From the NCBI GenBank assembly GCA_004022145.1, contig RCNU01000001.1: DNA of 64,000 bases; one strand, written 5' to 3'. Position numbers and translations under genes: made by a program. Below are positions 52,090 to 61,965 of this stretch, one piece after another. Source of the DNA: Paecilomyces variotii (Eukaryota). Position 1 is the stretch's first letter; every line of letters starts with the position of its first letter. Under the pieces are notes generated by a model. The model was not told the DNA's origin, ran no database searches, and saw only the letters and a list, made by a program, of their open reading frames with translations.

Positions 52090-52890
52090 CGCATGGAATA
52101 GACTGGGCTACGAATACACCCGGTGTGTATTTGAATTTTGGTTGTTAGTTGAACGAATGAATGGGATAATTCTTAAATCCCACATAAACAATTTATTTGA
52201 GTATAGTCATTCTGGTGTGTGTCTCACGTGAAGCTGCCAATATGCTTTCATTCTCACTGACTAGCCTCGATGAAGATGAGTATTTAAAAGAGTTTCCAAC
52301 CGCAAGGGAGAATATTTACATGTCTCTTCCATTGTCTTGTATTTGGATTCTGCTTGAAGAAATATGCAGTTTACATTACATGGAAGCCCACATCGTTGGT
52401 GCCACGGGCACAGATTAGTTTCTATACCAGGAAACCATGGTTTTGGGAGCACTTCTGATAGCTTGACATAAGATGGTGGCGCAAAGGGAGAAACACGTAA
52501 GAGACCAATCGACCTTCCATCGGAGATTAAAATACAATAAATGGGAATTTGATCAAATACGTGAGACAGTGAACTTGTTGGTAAAAACTTCAGACGCAGC
52601 TAAATCAGACTGGGCCCCCTTGCTAGACGGGTTAACGAGTAGGGGTTTCCTTTGAGCAACGTACTGAAATAGACAGACAAATTGCAGACTCGCATATTTA
52701 CATTCGGTTCTCATGGAGACATCGAATTCTTGACATATAACCCGAAAGAATCATTTGTTGCGAGTACTTATTAGCCGAGTACATCAACGCCAGCAAAATC
52801 TGTATCCATCCCTGGGTAAAGACTCCATCTCTGAAAGGCATGTCGCCATTGGTGGGTAGATCTGCATTTTCTCACATCATCGGAGATTAA
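52090..52890 (+). pseudogene. MAT1-2-4: MAT1-2-4-like pseudogene (premature stops and frameshifts) inside a MAT1-1 locus
   Basis: Collinear fragments PGVYLNF / intron 52201-52264 / LDEDEYLKEFPTARENIYMSLPLSCIWILLEEI...EAHIVGA / IPGNHGFG / ALLIA*HKMV / FHRRLKYNKW / VLMETSNS*H / LLAEYINASKICIHPWVKTPSL match my recollection of Eurotiales MAT1-2-4. Stops at 52416, 52464, 52653 and 52731, plus frameshifts. Identification is from memory, not a search. Confidence 0.65.
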
Positions 52891-54173
52891 TGCGATCCAC
52901 ATCCCAGTACAAATAAACAGAAACGTCTCTAAAAAGAAGAAGAAGAGAAGAGAAGAGAACTGCTGTCCCAGCTGACTCATTATCCATCTAACCATCCACA
53001 ATCGTTGCAAGCCCCGCATAGGCCGTAATGCACAGAGCTTAAAGTTCAGGCTGGACCGGAATGACTAGGTTTATATGATAGACTTATCCAGTCATTAGGA
53101 ACTGTATGACCTGGTAATTCTCGGATTGTCCTGATTAGGCTTGACCCGGACGTGGCTCGTTTAAAATGCATGCTCGGTTCTTATAACGGTACCAAACGTC
53201 TGAGGTGCAGTGTATAAGCGTTGTTCGTCATATCCCTCCAGGGTATCTGCAGGAAAAGATTATCAATCGCGTTTCACCACTAATAACTGCCTCCTAGATA
53301 GCCAAAAGGTAGGGACGATATCAGAATAAATACCTATCATCAAGGAAAGCTGTGCTGGTTCCGCAACGTCTGCGAAACCACGGAAATCTGGCTGATGCTG
53401 TAACTTCTTAGATGAGATCGACAAGCAAAAATGATCAAGCTTTGAACCATTTCAGTTAACTTACCGGAAACCATATGTTTGGGGAACTTGTGAACTGGGG
53501 TCAGTCAGTCGAGAATAATAGACTTTAGGAAAACTTAGCATCCATACTCGGACCATTTCGTGTCGTAAACCGAAAGAAGGCACCTGATCTTTCATTGTCG
53601 GAATCTCCTTAAAGTGAGTTAAAATCATCAATAGCACTAAGTAGGAGTATATCTAATGACTTACCTGAGTTGTATATGCTTGCGAAGGATCAGACGAGAG
53701 GCTCCCTGGGATTGCGGTCTTCCCCAACGCATTGGTGTCACATTATTGCTTCCTGTTTCCATGAGAAGCTTACCTCTCTGCACTTTTTCTCCGTCTCTCT
53801 TGCCTTTGAATGCCATTCTCTTAGGATACACACAGCCCCAGGAGGAAGTATGCGAAAGGATGAACTCCCGGAAGGGGTGGCAAGTGAGTCCGGCTTTTTG
53901 TCGTAGAAGATACCTCGAGCATCGAGACCGCTTCCAGGGGCGCCATCCATTAGAAACTGCTGCCACGAATTCAAGCGTGGATCATAAGTAGGATGCTGAA
54001 TAGCCAGAATTATCTGTTGTTCCGCGCTATGAATTCTTTCCCAGCAGAGACTTTGGTGCATCTTTTTTGCGGCCGAGAGGGTTCTTTTATGGTTGATGCT
54101 GATTCTGTTTTTAATAGAACAGAGAAATCTCTTTGCTGAGTCTGAGGATGGATACAGATTTTGCTGGCGTTGA
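52784..54173. repeat. Perfect 28-bp inverted repeat pair (52784-52811 and 54146-54173)
   Basis: TCAACGCCAGCAAAATCTGTATCCATCC on + at 52784-52811; its exact reverse complement GGATGGATACAGATTTTGCTGGCGTTGA at 54146-54173. Confidence 0.95.
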
Positions 54174-54546
54174 AGTCGACGGAGCTCGGGAACCACAACT
54201 AAAAGAGTAGATGTAGCTTCCTCGATAGAAAGATACACGTCCTCCAAAATAAGGTCAAAAAGTGATGGCTGAGGATTAGTTTTGTGGATCGGCCTGTCAG
54301 ATTCCTGGATGCTCAAGAAGACAAACTGGAAAACCTGTGCATAGGCTTCTTCCACGGCTTCTTCCAGTTCGCAAATGAATTGTTCAGAACTTTTCCGGAG
54401 CACCTGACCATTCTCTGAGTAAAGTCAGCACCCGGGCGTTTCAAACGCTTTGATGTCATACCATCTAACTGTCCTCTGTCATGTTTCCATGTATGACAGT
54501 AGCTAGGCTTCTTTGGCTCCATTGGTGATTCCTGAATGCTCTCCAT
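53161..54546 (-). CDS. Accessory MAT1-1 idiomorph gene, about 340 aa, 7 (possibly 8) exons, divergent from MAT1-1-1 (MAT1-1-9/MAT1-1-4-type position)
   Basis: Exons 54546-54462, 54414-53774, 53718-53665, 53607-53548, 53494-53465, 53397-53334 and 53246-53161 join in frame through six GT-AG introns of 47-87 nt. An extra intron would move the stop to 53084. Lies between APN2 and MAT1-1-1. Confidence 0.75.
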
Positions 54547-54756
54547 TATCGATGATGCCGTGCTGCTGGAGATTAGGAATTTCTAAAAGGCTCGAAAATT
54601 GAAGATGGCCGAGAAATATCTGACATGTGCTTGGTACATAAAGCGCATCTCATATCCACAAGTTTGTGTAGGGGATTAGGGAATCAAGAGGTTACATCTG
54701 TGGTGTGCATATCGGCCCCAGAGTGAAGGACTCCCGTCCAAGTGAATACAACACAA

Positions 54757-54766
54757 TTCTTTGTTT
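54757..54766. promoter_or_regulatory. Candidate HMG-box (Ste11 TR-box-like) site in the shared MAT promoter
   Basis: TTCTTTGTTT matches the S. pombe Ste11 TR-box consensus TTCTTTGTTY, in the ~480-bp divergent promoter. Confidence 0.35.
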
Positions 54767-55023
54767 TGTACAAAGTCTTGCCAGCCACCAAGGCCACAGC
54801 GACATGACAGTAGTGTCAAGTAGGAACACTTCTACTTGAGCTCTTTTCTTGTCTTGTCTTCTCCGTCTTCCTTTCTTCCTGAAAAAAAGCTCCTTTCTCG
54901 AGCCAGACAGTTCTCATTGTCCTAATTGCATTTCCTTTTCACTTAGGAGATAGAAGATCGATCAAACCTCTACGAAGGCTTCACTGAAAACGAAGAAATA
55001 TCAAGAGAAAGCTATTCATCACC

Positions 55024-56176
55024 ATGGCTGTCGATTTCACCCCTCTTCAGCGTGCATTCAACGCCTTTCTCATGGCTATGCCTCCTGGTGAGCTGGAAGA
55101 GTTGCTCCGCTATCTTCATGACCACAACACTTCCACCGCTGGTCGAGCAGCACAGGCCACTGAAGTTGCTCCTATAGCTGCTGCTCCAGTCGCCGATGGC
55201 ACTGATAAGAACGGTACTCGGAACAGAGTCACAGCTGCCCGTGGAAAGCGCTTCCGTGAAGGGAAGTTGAGACCTCTCAATAGTTTCATTGCTTTCAGAA
55301 GTACGTTACGAAGTCACTAAATCACCTAAAACTTCCTAACAAAAGTTTTTTTTAGGTTTCTACTCTGCAGCCTTTCCGCAATTTACGCAGAAGGCCAAAT
55401 CCGGGATCCTCAGGTTTCTGTGGGAGAACGATCCGTTCAAGGCTAAATGGGCAATTCTGGCCAAAGCGTACTCGATTATCCGTGATAATCATGTTGGGCA
55501 AGTCTCACTTGATACTTTTCTGGCCCTGAACTGTCATTTCGTCGGAATTATCATGCCAGAAAAGTATCTTGCGGCCATGGGCTGGGAGCTCGCAATGGAT
55601 GAGAACCACCAGCATAGCATGGTGAGGACTGGCGCCACTCTTCCTATGGAAACTGAGACCACCATTGACTACTCTGTCAACGATATCCTGGATCACTGTT
55701 ATGAGACAGGCTACGTCAAAGGCGATCCTGGCCATCGTACTATTGGAAAACTCAACGAAGGCTCTCTGATGTCTTTTTCAAGTCAGCCCACCATGGCAAG
55801 CAGTGGGCTCGAAGTCAATACCGCCAGTCCTGAGATCACTACAGCAAACTTCAGTGGGAACATGGGAGTAAAAGCCAGCATTGATATTTGCCCTCCGCCA
55901 ATGCCACTGGATGATTTTCATGTCGAGGGAAGCGCTGTCAATGAAGACGTATCCTCCATCTCTCAGTTGCTTGAGCTCAGAGACGGACCACGCAATCAAC
56001 ATGAGTTTATGACTGAACTTGACGACGCTCTCAATGATCTGCGCGGGCCTAATCCTGATGACGACGACCTGTTCGCTCCCTTCAACCCGGCCATCGAGAC
56101 TCCAATCGTCCATTACGACCCTCTGGCCAGTGAGCCGTTCGATGCGTTCGACATTCATGAGTTTATGAATCTCTGA
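55024..56176 (+). CDS. MAT1-1-1: Mating-type alpha-box transcription factor, 365 aa, 2 exons
   Basis: KLRPLNSFIAFR/SFYSAAFPQFTQKAKSGILRFLWENDPFKAKWAILAKAYSIIRD alpha box with the conserved intron 55301-55355. N-terminal PLQRAFNAFLMAMPP is typical of Eurotiales. Confidence 0.97.
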
Positions 56177-57216
56177 GCATTTCTAGAAGCTCTCAATCAG
56201 TTGTGGTTTTTCTCCCGACGCTATTTCGCTGGCATACGGTCCACTGTCCTCTGGCCAAGGTTTTCATCTCACTTGAACTGACACCACGAGGGTGTCAAGT
56301 CTATTATTTTTTGTCAATACAAAGCGCATTCCTTTTCTCGTGTGCCTATATTTCTCTGGTTATGCATATACATGTTGCATGCCGGGGAGATACCGATGTC
56401 TAATATCCTTTTCGTCCTAATAAGCACTCTGTTACCATATTCTTGATCATGTTGAAGGAAATACGCCAACAGAAGGCCTTCTCTGATAGGCAACGATCAC
56501 CTCGGTGATTTACATTATTATGTTCACATGCACGCAAACAAATTCCAATGCAGATGCTCCGAGCCGTCATTTTCATGCACAACGGCCGAACTTTAAGTAG
56601 TTGACATCTTTCAGGGATGGAGGAACATGATGAAAGCGCTCTGAACCTCCGAATGGAAGGAAAAGTAAGATAGATAGATAAATATAGATATTTCTATCGA
56701 GTCTACATCACACGTGTATGGTTCTGAAACAACAGTTCTGTCCATAACTAGAATGTGGATGTCCTTATGTTAGGGTAGAGATGAGTTCGATTCGTGATTT
56801 GAACTGTTCTAACACCATTCTTTCTCTACTAGTCTTGTGTGCCACTCTGGGTGTGATCCTGCGCCGGCAATCGTCAAGTTTAATCAAGAGGCTTGAATCA
56901 AAATATAACGACTTGCAAAGCTAAGTATTTCATTATTGAGATATAATGGTACTTTGCCAATCAGATGTAGGCAGCCTTATGAGAACCGTGGACCGATACT
57001 ACGGCGATCACGGACTGAGTGACCGAGGAATGTGATAAGAAAACAAGATGAACAGAATAAGGAGATGGCATCGGGAACTGAACCACGTACGGAAGGAAAA
57101 TATATACTGCGTCGCTAGAACCGTTCTACTCAAACTAAGCTAGAGATTCACAGGACCAGACAAGGACCGGACTGTGCGTTGTGCACAATACAGATAACGT
57201 GATCTGAACGTTTATT

Positions 57217-60200
57217 TTACTCCTCCTGGTAAGAGATCTTGCGCATTTCTCCCAGCCTCTGTCGGGCCCTGGCCAAATTGTTTTCGAGCTGGAGAATTTC
57301 GACCTGCAGAGGATATTAGCTCTAGCTGTACAGCAAACCTAGTGGCTGCCGATTGAGGAATTACAGGTTTGGTCTCAAATGAGAACAAACCAGCTCTGGC
57401 CGTGAACACTCGGAAATAATACACAAAGGATCTGCAGTAGAGATCAAGGTACGTACCTGCTGCTCCATTTCTCGTACTTTGAATTCGTGACTGCTGAGCT
57501 TCGTGTAATCGACAACTTCAGTCTCGTCTCGGCTCTTTTCAGCTATTATGTCCTGAACTTGTCGAACCAGACTTCTGCAGGCAGCCCCGACAGCCTTGCT
57601 TGCGGTCTCCAGACGGTCCTGAGTCTTACTCATAAACGTAGCCTTGACTCGGCTAGCAGCAACAAGCTGCGCCGTGCTCGCTGCCACATCGTTACTGGCA
57701 ACAATCAGCTGTTCTGGTGAATTGCGTCCTGAAATAACACCATCGGCAGTTTCGATGAGGGTATTTGTGGAGGACGCCACAGCTTTCGCAGCTGATATGA
57801 GACCCTCCGTCCATCTGTTATTCTTCTTATAGAATGCTGTCCTTGACGAGCTCCCGCGGCCTTCTTTGACGATCTCCTGTTGTGATGCTGTGGCAGCTTT
57901 GATAAGTTCGGCGATTGCATTGGTGACAGCGATGGCAGCTTCGAGGATAACATCGTTGATCCGTAGTTCGTATGTCGAGTATCCATCGCGCGGCTTTTTC
58001 TTTAGTTTAGCCAAGCGCTCTGCAGCAGCGTCAATAGCATCCGCGGCCTTCGTAAGCTCCTTGTCTACCAGATCGCCTAGATCACCAGATGTGCTGATCT
58101 TGCTGCTCTTCGGAGTGAAAGTGTCGGCTAACTTAGAAAGTGCTTGAAGGTCCTTCTGGACTTCTAAGTTGTTGTTGATGACCACATCGGTTTTCTGTAG
58201 AGGCTCCATTCCTTCGAGGCGGAAGGATTGCAAGCCACGGAAGAACCGCACAGTAGCTTGAGCAGCTTTGCGAGCAGCACCAATAAGTTGATCCGCGCTT
58301 TTCTCATCCGTCGCGAAACGAGTCAGACCTTTGGTGTTGCTGAGGACATCCGCAACTGAACCGGAAAATATAGACACCGTGCGGATGATCTCAGAGTGAG
58401 CACTGTTCGGGCCGTCTGCTATGAAGTTGTTGAAAGCGGTGGAGAACTCAGTAGCCGATGCAGATGCCTTCTCGATTTGAGACAGTACGTATGGTGCAGA
58501 CGCGTTCTGGTTACCGGCCTGCATTGTAGAGTCCAGCTCATAGAGAGCGTCATCTACACGCTGCACACCACTCTGAAGGACTGAATCAATCATGTCATTG
58601 ACCTTAGAAACAGTACTCAGTAATACGCTGTCAATTTGCGTATCAAGTGCATGATCGGCGTCTCCCTGGCTCTATTGACTGTCAGTTGCGTTCTTTTGAG
58701 TCGATCCTTGACCGTAGAACAGACCAATTTCAGTTCCTCCAACTCCATCAGAGCTTGTTCCATTCCAGACTTGTAAACCTCTATCTCTTCGTCTTTCTCG
58801 CGCAAAGCAATCTCACGGTCAGTGTCTTGTTCCCCGTGTCGCGCTGATAGCTCTTCAAGAGCACGAGTTTTGTTCTAATAGACACCCTTGTAAGCATATG
58901 TAGTAAAACAAAAATCGGAACATAGGCTTACGCGTAGAGCCTCTTCCAGGTCAGCCATTTCCCTGTTGTATTTCGCCAACATAGAAGATAGTTCCGAGCC
59001 CTTTGCACGTTCTGCATTCTCTGCTCGCTCGATAGCGAACCTTAATTCTCGCTTCAGCTTCTCAACCTCTTCTTTGTTGTTTCCACTGAGCCGATCCCTC
59101 TCATGTAAAGCACGGTCTCTCTCTCTGATCATATCTGCCAGTTCGAGGTTCTTAGTCTTCATCTCTCGCTCAAGCTTCTCGCGCCTGTCAATGGCTTCTT
59201 GTGCAGAGGCTGCTTTCAGTTTCAGGTTCTTTGTTGTTTGTAGAAGATCAAGGTGCTCCTGGCGTAGTTTGGAGTACAGCTTGGCTAGAGCTTCGTATTT
59301 CGTACGCCAAGTATTCACTTGTTCCTGCAGAGCTCTTATCTGATCATCTTTGGATGCCATTTGTAAATTGAAGTTGGAGTTGAACTGGTTCAACTGCTCC
59401 TCCAAATCCTTCATGCGCTTATCGTACTGCTGTAACATCAATTGATCCCGTTCATATTGCGCTCGCGCATTGAGGTTTTCACGTTCCAATTCAGCCAGCG
59501 CACCCTGGGTCTGCGCCTGGTACTGGTCTCGTAGTAGCTGTTCCTGCGCTAAGCGCTGCTGCTCAGCCTGCAAACGTTGTTGTTCTTCGAAATCGCGCTG
59601 AGCTTGTTGCTGAGCCAGGAGCTGTTGCCGTTGCTGTTCCTCCCATTGCTGTTGCAATCGTCGTTGCTCAGCTTCGTACTCTTCTTGTTGACGCTTGGCT
59701 TCATTTGTCCAGAAATCGTTAATCGGTTCCGGATCAGCCGCGGATAGCTTCGGTGGCGGAGATTGTTCACGCTCGACTTCTTTCGTTGGTCTCTTTGGGA
59801 GGGCAGGACGTTCGTCGTCTTCGGCCAACAGATTTGGGGGATCCTGAGGAAGTTTAGGTATGGTTATTAAGCTGGTAAGATAACGCAAGTTAGAGCATTC
59901 GTAATAGAATCGGACGAGTCGATAATGTTGAGCGTTGTAACGGTTACGCAGTGGTTCGAGTGCCTCGTCATCTCCCGTAGCTGTTGATGAGTTAGTGCCG
60001 AGCATGACGAGCCAAGGGGTCAGCTTCATACTAGTATGCATAGCCCTTAACATGCTTGTTATAAACTTGTAGATGCCATAGCTTTCCTGTACAAGTGGGA
60101 CAAGTGCAGATATCCTGCATTCATTATTGGTACCGCTTTGGAAGTGAGAGAATATCAATTTTTGGAAAGCATCGATCTGATCTTGTAAGGTCATGAGATC

Positions 60201-61120
60201 AGTGATTGTCTCGTAACTAGGAGGAGGTCAGCTATAAGCAAAAATGTAAGTCGAGAGAGGATCGCGCCAACTAACCCTTCATTGGGATCGTTGATTGTCT
60301 TCAAACTGATATACTCCTCATACTCAAAGAGCCCTGGGTACGTTAGCAATACTCAAGAAATGGGTCGAAAGTGAGATTTGAGTGAGAATACAATGTCACA
60401 GTTGATGGGATTTTAACCTACCGTTGAATTCCGGATGATGGCGGTGAAATGCCAGTTTTGACTCCAGGAAGAAAACATATTCTCTGATCAATGGTCCATA
60501 GCCTGTTCACCATAGTTATTACCAACGAGTCAGTCCCAAGCTGGCAGGGGAGGGATTCAGCTATGAAGTACACACCTCTAATGCCCTCACCAGCCACACC
60601 CCTTGTTAGACTGTCGAGCCAGTTCACATGGCTTTGCGCCTCTCGAACGACTATAGGATGCCCCTCTTGCAGCACTTTATGTATGGTTATCAGGGCTTTG
60701 AATGTCTGAACTTCGTCGGCAAGAATGGGCTGTCTAAAGGATGAAAAGAACAATCAGTGGGTTGTGGAAAAGTAAATCAGGGAACACCAAAGAGCTTACA
60801 CTTTCATACCCGCCCAGAAAGACGCTGACGATTTATGGTCCCATGTATAGACGATACAACTCCGGACATGTTTCCCTGAACGAGTCGGTTAATTCTCAAT
60901 ACTTATTTCATCTGAAGATAAGTAATACATACTTTTTGGAGCAGTCTCCTCTGTTATATCGCTTGGTTAACAGAGCCTCCGTTGGCTAAGCGTTTGAGAT
61001 AGATATCTTACCGATACTGGTGGCTTTGCGAATATTGATAGCAAGATCCGCCTCCGTTCTGCGAAATAGGGTTAGTCAGGCAGCCGAATGAAAGAACTCG
61101 ATCGTATTTCACCTGCTCAT
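57217..61120 (-). CDS. SLA2: Sla2/End4 cytoskeleton assembly protein (ANTH, coiled coil, I/LWEQ), multi-exon
   Basis: EADLAINIRKATSI, QTFKALITIHKVLQEGHP, a Gln-rich coil, FYKKNNRWTEGLISAAKAV...VAASTAQLVAASRVKA, EMEQQVEILQLE. Canonical MAT flank. Confidence 0.96.
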
Positions 61121-61965
61121 ATCGACGTTGCGTGTTACTGCAGCGTTGTATCCGTAAGACATCTTGTGTGTTCAAGCTTCCCGTGAAAGCCCGGGCAACA
61201 TCGAAGTGGGAGAAGCCCCACGAGTCAAGCGGTACTGCCAGAAGATGCACGATACTATCTATCTCAGTTGAAAGCAGAGGGTGAAGATAATTGATCTGGA
61301 GATTTGGACGCCACGATGTCCTATGGTGATACTTATACCATAGGTGACCTGGAGCGATGTGGTTGGCGTCGGTGCCTGTCGCATTGCGTCTCCCTAACTC
61401 ACCGCTTTTACATCTGGTCTTGGCATTTAATTCTGCCGAAGTATGTAGATGCTAAGGCGGTCAGACAGCATTCGTAGGAACTTCGGCACCGTCTAATGCT
61501 CAAGTAGCAGGTGTTTTGCGAAATTGCCACGGTTCGAAAAAAGAAAAAGAAAACAAAATATCAGCGTCTGCGATAATCCTACATCACAGCTCCACAGTTC
61601 ACAGGCCATTTGTTTATAAAACTATAGCTGTTACGGGATATTCTCCAAATAGTATCGATTGAATACCGATGGACTACTCGCATAGTCATAAAAAGGTATT
61701 GACAGTTCTCTAGCATAGAAATGACGCGTTTCTTCTTACGTTGGGATGAGAATAAGCAGTATTAGCTGGAATAGCAAGGGTCGGAGATACCATATCGAAG
61801 GACTTGTTCCACAGTATGTACGTGGTAACTAGGTACCTAGGTACCTAAGTACCTAATCCCCATGTTTCTCAAGGCTTTTCACGAACCAAAGGTCTCGACT
61901 TAATTATGTCGAATATCTGATCGAGCGTTATGCTCCCATTCGAGATGACTCTCATCCTAGAGCAG

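Noticed and set aside
52416-52733. Idea that the MAT1-2-4-like stops are repaired by sexual-stage A-to-I editing (UAG/UGA to UGG)
   Set aside because: Frameshifts are also present and some stops look Arg-derived, which editing cannot fix; simple decay is more parsimonious.
56177-57216. Short ORFs and a TGAAACA pheromone-response-like 7-mer between MAT1-1-1 and SLA2
   Set aside because: Convergent 3' region; a single 7-mer is expected by chance and I could not recognise any MAT remnant.
61829-61856. Palindromic (AGGTACCT)-type tandem repeat upstream of SLA2
   Set aside because: Short low-complexity motif of a kind common in fungal intergenic DNA; no TIR/TSD structure.
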